Shown here in pieces: positions 56,115 to 64,000 of a stretch of DNA of 64,000 bases. This stretch comes from Candidatus Acidiferrum sp. (GTDB lineage Bacteria; Acidobacteriota; Terriglobia; Acidiferrales; UBA7541), in contig DASYJM010000033.1 of the NCBI GenBank assembly GCA_035996445.1, forward strand, positions 36,890 to 100,889. Reading direction: 5' to 3'. The first letter of the stretch is position 1, and each line of letters opens with the position of its first letter. Under the pieces are notes generated by a model. The model saw only the letters and a program-made list of their open reading frames with translations, was not told where the DNA came from and did no database searches. A program made the position numbers and the translations under genes.

Positions 56115-57215
56115 TTGGCGAATTGGATGCACTCTTCATGGCACCAGCCCATGGTCACCGCATCCACAACACGAGCTAATGACCCAAACTCGACCAACGC
56201 TCCTCCTCCGGACTACGTGCTTTTTGGGCGATCTGCGGCTATGAACGAAGTTCGACTTCGGGCCGAGAAGATATGTAGGACCAATATACCGGTTCTTCTT
56301 TGTGGGGCAGGGGGCACGGGGAAAGAGGCGATGGCCCAGTGGATTCACGCTCGATCCGCCTTTGGCCAAGGTCAGTTCATAAAGGTAAACTGCGCCGCGA
56401 TACCTGGCAATCTGCTGGAGAGTGAGCTCTTTGGCTATGAAAAAGGGGCATTTACTGGGGCACACGTTTCAAAGCCGGGCCGCGTGGAGCTGGCACACAA
56501 TGGCACGCTGTTTCTGGACGAGATCGCCGATCTGGAAATGGGACTGCAAAGCAAGATGCTGCACTTCCTGCAAGACGGCTGTTTTGCGCGTATCGGAGAT
56601 CGGACGGAACGAGCCGTGAACGTACGCGTAATTTGCGCTACTAATAAGGATCTAGAACAAGAAATTGCCTCCGGAAACTTTCGCTCAGACCTGTTTTACA
56701 GAATTAATGTAGTTCGCTTTCGTTTACCCAAGCTCTGTGAACGCAAAGAAGACATTCCCGTGTTGGCGGAATATTTCCGCAGCCTGCATGAAAAGCATTT
56801 CGCGATTCAGTCGAAACCGCTTAGCCCTGGAATAATCGAGTATTTGCAGAATGCCGATTGGCCCGGAAATGTGCGCGAGCTCTCCAACGGTATGGCTCGC
56901 CATGTCTTGATCGGGCCGGAGGCCTCCCTGGGCCAAACGGTCGCAGCCGAGCGGGGGTCCATCAAATCGCAAATCAAAGGGGCGGTCGGGGCCGTGCCTC
57001 TGAAACGCATCGCCAAGGCCGCAATACAGGAACTTGAGCGTAACGTAATTCTCGATTCCCTGCGCGCTCACCAGTGGAACAGGCGCAAAACCGCCGCCGC
57101 ACTTCAAATCAGCTATCGCGCACTAATCTATAAGATTCGAGATGCCGGATTGACTTCCCGGCGTCCGGCGCGGCCCTCGGATCGCCCCGAACAAAACCCT
57201 TTCGCAAAGTTGTAA
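56115..57215 (+). CDS. sigma-54 enhancer-binding protein lacking an N-terminal sensory domain
   Basis: GAGGTGKE, GAFTGA, LFLDEI, WPGNVREL and HTH. Start uncertain (TTG 56115 or ATG 56151). Confidence 0.92.
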   Translation: MANWMHSSWHQPMVTASTTRANDPNSTNAPPPDYVLFGRSAAMNEVRLRAEKICRTNIPVLLCGAGGTGKEAMAQWIHARSAFGQGQFIKVNCAAIPGNLLESELFGYEKGAFTGAHVSKPGRVELAHNGTLFLDEIADLEMGLQSKMLHFLQDGCFARIGDRTERAVNVRVICATNKDLEQEIASGNFRSDLFYRINVVRFRLPKLCERKEDIPVLAEYFRSLHEKHFAIQSKPLSPGIIEYLQNADWPGNVRELSNGMARHVLIGPEASLGQTVAAERGSIKSQIKGAVGAVPLKRIAKAAIQELERNVILDSLRAHQWNRRKTAAALQISYRALIYKIRDAGLTSRRPARPSDRPEQNPFAKL

Positions 57216-57422
57216 GCCTCTGTACCACTAGCCGCACTAAAATTCCTTCAACAATTAGCTGTAAACAATTAGTTAATACTTACTGCTAGTAACAAGTAGT
57301 AAAGACGGGGCAGCGCTTTTGTCCCTCGGGGCAGGTACTACCTGCACCAAATTGGGACGACCCGCCAGTAGTTCCAAACCACGTCCAAATCTAGTCTTCC
57401 CTTGGTGCAGCTCGGGGGAGAA

Positions 57423-59381
57423 ATGGCTAAGTGCTACAAGGGCTCTAGGCTACTAGGGCGGGGAAGTTTGGCAACATCCAGGTTCGCGGGAGCGCTGATT
57501 TTATGGAGCGCGGTCCTCACGGTTTTCTTATGGACCAGCGGTTGTACGGGAATGGTCAACGGCCAAAATCATGCGCAATCGGCTATCCAGGTAATACCTG
57601 GAACGGTGGATTTTGGAAGCGTTGGGCTAGGCAAGCAGGTTTCACACGCCGTTTCGGTCGTGAACAACAGCAAGTCAATTGTAACGCTGACGAAAGCGAA
57701 CATTTCCAGATCCGAGTTTTCCATTTCGGGACTGAAATTTCCACTTTTCCTAAATCCTGGGCAAAGGTCCAATTTCACTGTTTGGTATAAAGGAGGCCGA
57801 GCGGGCAAAGCAGCGGGTACGTTGAGTTTCAACGGGGAACCTGGCGCTCCGAATCCTGTGATCCTGACCGGGTCGACCGGGAACTCCGGGCAGCAATTGA
57901 CCGTTTCGCCGGCCAGTCACAACTTCGGAAACGTTACCGTGAACACCGTCGCAAATGCCGCCGTAAGCCTCACAAACTCCGGCGCGGCAAATCTCACCAT
58001 CTCGCGCATAGTGGTCTCAGGAACCGGCTTTGCAGCAAACTCCATCAAGACGCCAACGACAGTTCCGGCGGGTGGCAATGTGGTTCTTGATGTCGCCTTC
58101 TCACCAAAAACGACTGGAAACTTCTACGGCGCCGTGACCGTTTCAAGCGACGATCCTGATTCTCCAACAGAAACCATAGCCCTGGACGGGACGGCGACGA
58201 CTCAGACGATTGGAAAGCTGATTGCCACACCCGCGGCCCTCAATTTCAACAATGTAAAGCAAGGCAGTACGGCCTCGGCGGTGACCACCTTGAAAAACGT
58301 CGGGACTGCCAATGTGACCCTTTCGCAGATCAACATCAGCGGGTCGGGATTTTCTACCTCAGGTATTGCTACTCCGGTGCTGGTCGTGCCCGGCGAAAGC
58401 CTGACTTTGACAGTGAAATATAGCGCCGCATCGAACAGAACCAGCAGCGGCAATATTTCCTTAGTTAGTGCCCAAGGCGGCGTTACCAGCGTCAGCGTTT
58501 CTGGAACGGTGGCGCAGTCATCGCTCAACCTCTCGCCGGCAAATATCAACTTTGGCAACGCTGTGACCGGTGTGACTAATTCGCAAACGGTTCAGATTGG
58601 CAATCCTGGCACTGTGCCCGTGACGATCACGGCAGCGAATCTTTCAGGCGCTGGCTTCAGCACTTCCGGATTAACTTTTCCTCTGACATTGAGTGCAGGC
58701 AAAACGTCGACCTTCAACGTGCAATTCGGTCCTAAATCCGCAGGAGCTTCGAGCGGAAGCCTGTCCCTTGTGAGCGACGCGTCCAATTCCCCCGCTGTCG
58801 TTGCATTGAGCGGCGCGGGCGTGGCTGCGGGATTGAGCCTGACTGTAAATCCTCTCAACGTAAATTTCGGAAACGTCAACGTCGGAAGCACCGCTTCCCG
58901 CAGCGTGACGCTAACCAATACGGGCAACTCGAATGTGATGATTTCCCGCACAGCTTTAACGGGAACAAATTTATCGTTGTCAGGTGGATCGGCGGTAACC
59001 TTGTCGCCGTCGCAGAGTATTACCTTAACGGTGCAGTATTCGCCCACGTCTGCCGCGTCTACAGCGGGCAGCCTCGCCATCGTGAGCAACGCTAATGGGG
59101 CGCCCTCAGCCATCCCGATTTCGGGCAACGGCGTTACCCAAGCTCAGCGCACCGTACTACTTTCCTGGAATGGCAGCACTTCCGCGGCCGGATATAACGT
59201 CTACCGGAGTGCCACGAGCGGTTCTGGATATGCGCGAGTGAACTCCGGTCTGGACGGCTCGTTGACCTACACCGACGCTAGCGTTCAGAGCGGCCAGACG
59301 TATTTCTATGTGACGACAGCGGTTGACGCTTCAGGGCAAGAGAGTGCGTACTCTAGCGAGGTGTCCGCACTTATTCCATGA
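57423..59381 (+). CDS. secreted multi-Ig (ASH/choice-of-anchor-D-like) protein with C-terminal FN3-like domain
   Basis: Five ~100-aa repeats beginning xxP-x-x-x-(D/N)FGxV, then LSWN...GYNVYRS...YFYVTTAVD. N-terminal hydrophobic stretch ending SGC. Start could be 57402. Confidence 0.85.
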   Translation: MAKCYKGSRLLGRGSLATSRFAGALILWSAVLTVFLWTSGCTGMVNGQNHAQSAIQVIPGTVDFGSVGLGKQVSHAVSVVNNSKSIVTLTKANISRSEFSISGLKFPLFLNPGQRSNFTVWYKGGRAGKAAGTLSFNGEPGAPNPVILTGSTGNSGQQLTVSPASHNFGNVTVNTVANAAVSLTNSGAANLTISRIVVSGTGFAANSIKTPTTVPAGGNVVLDVAFSPKTTGNFYGAVTVSSDDPDSPTETIALDGTATTQTIGKLIATPAALNFNNVKQGSTASAVTTLKNVGTANVTLSQINISGSGFSTSGIATPVLVVPGESLTLTVKYSAASNRTSSGNISLVSAQGGVTSVSVSGTVAQSSLNLSPANINFGNAVTGVTNSQTVQIGNPGTVPVTITAANLSGAGFSTSGLTFPLTLSAGKTSTFNVQFGPKSAGASSGSLSLVSDASNSPAVVALSGAGVAAGLSLTVNPLNVNFGNVNVGSTASRSVTLTNTGNSNVMISRTALTGTNLSLSGGSAVTLSPSQSITLTVQYSPTSAASTAGSLAIVSNANGAPSAIPISGNGVTQAQRTVLLSWNGSTSAAGYNVYRSATSGSGYARVNSGLDGSLTYTDASVQSGQTYFYVTTAVDASGQESAYSSEVSALIP

Positions 59382-59445
59382 TTCTGTTGAGTCCCGATCA
59401 GGCTGGGGCAGCCCCTAAGTGATCACGGCTTCCTAGCTAAGTGGG

Positions 59446-60297
59446 TTAAGTTAATTTGCCCATCTTCCGCAATTCAGCCAGATAAGGCGGAAGCGCCTCA
59501 CGCCAGTGACGCACGGTAATTCCGAGCGCATGCAGGGCGGTGGGTGACAACACCGAATATGCCGGCCTTTTCGCAGCACGCGCTGCTTGCACAGTATCTA
59601 TGGGTTTCACAGGATTGTTTTTGCCGGCCTGCCGCAGAATTTCCTGTGCAAATTCGAACCAGGAACATGTGCCTGAGTTTGTGACGCTTACAAAACCTCG
59701 CGCGTCAGCATGAATCAAACCATGGATGGCCGCGGCCAGATCGCGGGTGTACGTAGGAGAGCCGACCTGATCTGAGACCACCGACAATTCAGGGCGGGTT
59801 TCAGCGGCTCGCAGTATCTTTTCAGGGAAACTCGATCCCGACGCGCCAAACAGCCAGGATGTGCGTACAATGCACCAATCTCGCAGGCTAGCTTGTATCG
59901 CCTGCTCCCCGCGAGCCTTGGATTCGCCGTATACATTGATAGGGGCTATCGGATCTGACGGTTCGTAGGGACGGGCCCCTTGGCCATCAAAAACATAGTC
60001 GGTACTTATGTATAGCACCTTCGCGCCATACTTCTCCGCCACTACAGCCACATTTTCCGTGCCTTTGCCATTGACCGCGAAAGCGCCCTCAGGATCCCGC
60101 TCACTGCCGTCCACGTCAGTGTAAGCCGCGGTAAGCAAGATCCATTCCGGACGGGTAGCAGTGACCAAGCGTTCCACTTGTTCGTAACTTCGAATATCGG
60201 CATCGCGCGCAGTGGCCGGTATCAGCTCATCATCCTTCCATTCCTGGACGATGTCTTTTCCCAGCATTCCATTGGCACCAATGAGAAGTACGCGCAT
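59446..60297 (-). CDS. rfbD: dTDP-4-dehydrorhamnose reductase
   Basis: Motifs GANGMLG, AAYTDVD, STDYVFDG, YGESK and DQVGSPT. Confidence 0.95.
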   Translation of the reverse strand: MRVLLIGANGMLGKDIVQEWKDDELIPATARDADIRSYEQVERLVTATRPEWILLTAAYTDVDGSERDPEGAFAVNGKGTENVAVVAEKYGAKVLYISTDYVFDGQGARPYEPSDPIAPINVYGESKARGEQAIQASLRDWCIVRTSWLFGASGSSFPEKILRAAETRPELSVVSDQVGSPTYTRDLAAAIHGLIHADARGFVSVTNSGTCSWFEFAQEILRQAGKNNPVKPIDTVQAARAAKRPAYSVLSPTALHALGITVRHWREALPPYLAELRKMGKLT

Positions 60298-60300
60298 CTG

Positions 60301-60912
60301 CTACTTGAATTGCGTTTCCCAGTCGTAGCCGATATTCGGGTCGTTGTACGCCAGGCGCAGTTCATCCGCTGGATTGTAGTGACGGTCTGTAAAGTACAGC
60401 AGGTTGATAGCTTCAATTCCAAGCGCCTTGTAGCCATGGCCAACGCCTGGGGGAATCAGAATTTCCCAGGGACGAAACCGGCCGACATATAGCGTATTGA
60501 TCAAGCCAAAAGTCTTTGAATGGCGGCGCAGATCGCAAAGAAAAACCTGGAGCATGCCGGAAACCGGAGCCCAAAGATCCGTTTGCTCCGAATGGTAGTG
60601 AATGGCTTTGATAGTTCCGGGATAGGTAAGCGTAAATGAGACTTGAATATTTCGTGTACCGTCGGGCACCATCCCGGAAGCAAGTCCCTTTCCGAGGCGG
60701 GCAAGTTCAGTGAAGAAACCGCGATCATCCGGGTAAATTTGCAACGGCTCGACACGGACACCTTCGATGAGATCGGGCGAATCCGTTTTGGCAATTATTT
60801 TGCCCAAGGTTTTTTCCGTTCGCGCGCGGATAGCCAACTCGATGCCATTCTTGCTTCCAAGCGGAACAATGTTTTCTGCTGCTTGCTGATTCGTCGATAC
60901 ATCTACTGGCAT
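60301..60912 (-). CDS. rfbC: dTDP-4-dehydrorhamnose 3,5-epimerase family cupin
   Basis: Motifs DDRGFFTEL, KAIHYH, DLRRHSKTFG, IPPGVGHGY and YDW. Adjacent to rfbD. Confidence 0.85.
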   Translation of the reverse strand: MPVDVSTNQQAAENIVPLGSKNGIELAIRARTEKTLGKIIAKTDSPDLIEGVRVEPLQIYPDDRGFFTELARLGKGLASGMVPDGTRNIQVSFTLTYPGTIKAIHYHSEQTDLWAPVSGMLQVFLCDLRRHSKTFGLINTLYVGRFRPWEILIPPGVGHGYKALGIEAINLLYFTDRHYNPADELRLAYNDPNIGYDWETQFK

Positions 60913-60963
60913 AATGGCATCTCCTGATCGACTCTAATGTTTGGTTTACGCCACTGAATCGGG

Positions 60964-63255
60964 CTAGCCACCTGAAGTTTGTTCCAGCGCGCGTCGCGAT
61001 TCGTCGGCCATGGGAGAACCGGGCTTCAAACTAATCACTTTTTCGAATTGTGCACGGGCACGAGCGTTGTCATTTAATTTTTGATACGTCACGCCCAAAT
61101 GATAGTGGTAGGCGGGATTGTCCGACACTTTCTTTACCGCTTCTTCCAACAGGGGCTGGGCCACCGAGTACGCGCCGTTATGATAATACGCCCAGCCGAG
61201 AGTGTCGGCGGTATTGGGCGAATTCGGCAGTCCTCGCCGGGCAGCTTGCGCCAGAGTCAGCGCTAGATTAACGCTGCCATTATGCTCTAGCAGGATGTAA
61301 GCGAGATTGTTGGCGGCCTGCGGATTATCGGGCTGCATCGACAGCGCCTTTTGGTAGTTGCCTTGCGCCTTTTGCCAGTTACCGGCGCTTTCATATAATC
61401 CGCCGAGTGCCACCTGGAGGGCAGCGCTGTTCGGTGCAATTTCGACAGCGCGCTGGTAAGTGGAGATAGCCTCCTCACGCGCCCCTCGACCGGCTTGTAA
61501 CTGCGCGAGCAACACCAAGGCGTTCACATTTTGTTGGTCAATTTGCAGGGCTCGCTCGATTGACTTTTCCGCTTCAGTGGGCTGCTTATTCTGAAGCAAC
61601 GCTTGAGCCTGAAGCACGAATAGTTGCGCGCTAGTGGGGTTTTGTTCGATGCTAGTTTTGAGCAATTGCAAAGCGTCGTCTGCTTTGTTCCGCCGAAAAT
61701 CCACATCCACCAAACCTTGGATAGCCTCTACCGAAGTGGGTTCGTGGCTCAATGCCTGGCGAAAAAATGTTTCGGCTTCATTTAGACGCTTCTGGATCAC
61801 GCGCAGCTGCCCAAGCTTTACGTAGCCCAGCCCCTTGTCCGGTGCAATGGCAACCAACTGATTGAGGTCCGCTTCCGCGCTCGCAGCATCATTCTGATTC
61901 ATGAGCGAGGTAGCATCGAATAAATATCCTTCCGCCGCACGTGGGGCGATTTTTTTCAACTCCAACGCGATGTTGTGTAACCCTGTCCAGTCCGCTCGCT
62001 GCACGGCGATTTCACCAAGCGCGCGCCAGGCTTCATAAAGTGAAGGACTAAGGCGCACGGCCTGACGTAATTCGGTCTCCGCCTCCTGTGACTTTCCTTT
62101 TTGTCGCAGCGCGAGCCCCATTTGGTAATGCGCGAAAGGGTTATCCGAAGAGGCGTGCAATGCTTTCTGCAACGTTTGAATACTGTCGTCCACTTTCCCC
62201 TGTTGCAGTTGAATCTCGCCTCTGAGCGCCAATCCTTCAATATCCTGCGGCGAGCTTTTCAAAAGATCATCAGTGAGGGACGCGGCCTCATCGATGCGAT
62301 GGTTTAGCACTAGCAACTGAATGTAGGTCTTGCGTACTTGGCGGTCCTTGGGGTGCTGTGAGGCGAGTGCGGAGAATTCAGTGAGGGCTTTGGTATTTTC
62401 TCCGCGTCCTAAATAATAATCGCCGAGCATGCGGTAAGCGGCGGGATCGTCCTTCAATTGTTCTTTGGTTTCAACCAGGATTTTTTCAGCGAGCGCGTCC
62501 TGGCCCTGGTTCATATACACACTGGCCAATGCAGCGCGTGGCATCGGATTGTTTGGAGCGCGCGTTATAGCTGCCTGAAATTCCTCGGCTGCCGGTGTCC
62601 AGCGGCGTTGCTGTTCATAAAAACTTCCCAGCGTCATCATCGCGGTGATGCCGGTAGAGTCCAGAGCGGTGGCCTTTTTGAGCGTCGCTTCAGCTCGTGT
62701 TGCGTCTCCGGTCCTAGCCTGCAGAACGCCCAGGTGTATGAATACCGAAGGCTGTTCGGGCGCCATCACCGTGGCCTCTTGCGCTTCTCGGAGTGCGGTT
62801 TTCGAATCTCCCAGAGCGGCATCAGCGGAGGACAGGACTATCTGTGCGTCAGCGTTCTTGGGATTACTCTGGAGGATCGCTAAAGCGCGATCTTTAGCAT
62901 CTTGCACCTTCCCTCCGCCCAAAGATAACTTCGCCAGCTCCAGTTGAGCCTTCCAATTTTGCGGGTCCAGTTCGACAGTGCGAGCGAATTCGCGAAAGGC
63001 CGAGGCGAAACTGCCCAGCTTCATTTGAGATTGGGCCATCTTGAAGTGCGCTTGCGCGTAGTTCGAGTCCACTTGCAGGGCTTGGCCATAATAAATGATG
63101 GCCTCAGGGTATTTGCCCTCATTAAATTCGCGGTCCCCGCGTTCCATGGCTTTTTGAATACGCGTGACAGGGTCCCGATGGCACGACCACATTAAAGACG
63201 AAGCAGGAAGGAACAGCGCAAACAGGAGTGTCAAACGTCGCAGATTAAAGGTCAT
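60964..63255 (-). CDS. long TPR lipoprotein (PrsT-like, EPS/PEP-CTERM associated)
   Basis: Signal ending WSC, continuous TPRs, C-terminal NNLAY...DTLGWAYY motif. Confidence 0.85.
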   Translation of the reverse strand: MTFNLRRLTLLFALFLPASSLMWSCHRDPVTRIQKAMERGDREFNEGKYPEAIIYYGQALQVDSNYAQAHFKMAQSQMKLGSFASAFREFARTVELDPQNWKAQLELAKLSLGGGKVQDAKDRALAILQSNPKNADAQIVLSSADAALGDSKTALREAQEATVMAPEQPSVFIHLGVLQARTGDATRAEATLKKATALDSTGITAMMTLGSFYEQQRRWTPAAEEFQAAITRAPNNPMPRAALASVYMNQGQDALAEKILVETKEQLKDDPAAYRMLGDYYLGRGENTKALTEFSALASQHPKDRQVRKTYIQLLVLNHRIDEAASLTDDLLKSSPQDIEGLALRGEIQLQQGKVDDSIQTLQKALHASSDNPFAHYQMGLALRQKGKSQEAETELRQAVRLSPSLYEAWRALGEIAVQRADWTGLHNIALELKKIAPRAAEGYLFDATSLMNQNDAASAEADLNQLVAIAPDKGLGYVKLGQLRVIQKRLNEAETFFRQALSHEPTSVEAIQGLVDVDFRRNKADDALQLLKTSIEQNPTSAQLFVLQAQALLQNKQPTEAEKSIERALQIDQQNVNALVLLAQLQAGRGAREEAISTYQRAVEIAPNSAALQVALGGLYESAGNWQKAQGNYQKALSMQPDNPQAANNLAYILLEHNGSVNLALTLAQAARRGLPNSPNTADTLGWAYYHNGAYSVAQPLLEEAVKKVSDNPAYHYHLGVTYQKLNDNARARAQFEKVISLKPGSPMADESRRALEQTSGG

Positions 63256-63652
63256 ATTGTTCTAAGCGGTTCCCACCGCCCTACCAGCAATTTATCCTCC
63301 TCGAATACCAAATAGAAGGGTAACTTCAGAATACGGTCCAGGGTTAGTCATTAAGCCCTTTAGACCAGCGGGGGCCGGGACAAAGCAGCCACAATATGGC
63401 ACAACAGTTCCACTCTCTGCGGCTGTCTATCTAGCAGGCCAAATGCGCTCCTAAGAATATAATCTCGGCCAGCTTAAGCCTATGATATAATTGGTCTTAG
63501 CAACAAATGAACGGTCCGTATCTGGGAGCCCGGGACGACCGGGTTGGCATGATGGGTGCATCGTATAGAGCGACAACACACCACGGGTCCTACAGTGTAT
63601 TATAGGCTTCCCCGTAATTTGAGCGCTCAGGAAGAAATCTAAAGAGGTAGAC

Positions 63653-64000
63653 ATGGCTCCAAATCGCGAGCTGAATGCGACAGACGCAAAACGAGTTTTG
63701 AGGCGTTACTGGTGGATACTGCCCATCAGCACCGTCCTGTTGACCACCGTGGCTTGGGTTGCCGCCAACGTGCTGCCCAAGCGTTATAGCTCGCAGACCA
63801 CGGTGCTAGTGGAGCAGCCATCCGTGTCTTCGAAATATGTCGATCCGGTCGTTTCTGATGACTTGAATCACCGGCTGGCGACCATGCAGGAACAGATTTT
63901 GAGCCGGTCACGTCTGCAGCCGATTATCGAAAAGGTGGGCCTTTATCCCGAAGACCAGGGTCGGGCGCCCATCGATGACCAGGTGGAAAGATTGCGCAGC
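63653..64000 (+). CDS. polysaccharide chain-length determinant / co-polymerase (Wzz/GumC family), 3'-partial
   Basis: Not in the ORF track. Translated by hand: MAPNRELNATDAKRVLRRYWWILPISTVLLTTVAWVAANVLPKRYSSQTTVLVE...QILSRSRLQPIIEK. SD GAGG. Confidence 0.85.
   Translation, partial: MAPNRELNATDAKRVLRRYWWILPISTVLLTTVAWVAANVLPKRYSSQTTVLVEQPSVSSKYVDPVVSDDLNHRLATMQEQILSRSRLQPIIEKVGLYPEDQGRAPIDDQVERLRS

Noticed and set aside
1-64000. CRISPR array, rRNA, tRNA, prophage or defence genes
   Set aside because: No regularly spaced repeats, RNA gene signatures or phage/defence motifs were seen by eye. The many short overlapping ORFs in the track are treated as shadows of real genes.

Overview
This 64-kb chromosomal window most likely comes from an Acidobacteriota genome. 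That is an inference from gene content: a kinase-TPR protein, CarboxypepD_reg TonB receptor, ASH-domain protein, short PheT and REP-like palindromes. The left half is mostly housekeeping: thiE, glmM, serS, gdh-like, thiD, pyrR-pyrB-pyrC divergent from phosphatase-pyrD-rlpA-pyrF, thrS-infC-rpmI-rplT-pheS-pheT-zapA. One intact 1410-bp IS1202/ISNCY-like element with a 15-bp target duplication sits between the two pyr arms. At 35.6-42.4 kb is a metal-uptake locus (outer-membrane barrel, ZnuA-like binding protein, ZnuB-like permease with no ATPase, TonB-dependent receptor). Each outer-membrane gene there is preceded by its own small TM-CxxC-RAPP leader ORF, which is the strongest candidate for an unusual system. 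The right end is a c-di-GMP/sigma-54 signalling hub (GGDEF-PilZ, three further PilZ proteins, histidine kinase, two enhancer-binding proteins) next to an adhesin-like gene, rml genes and the start of an exopolysaccharide locus. Other highlights are a probable sigma-54-driven small RNA downstream of glmM, a GDH homologue with the catalytic Lys replaced by Gln, a tandem ThyX with a split motif, and a structured rplT leader. No tRNA, rRNA or CRISPR array was found. All family calls come from motif recognition by eye; no database searches were run. Several starts were moved from the ORF track to better-supported codons.
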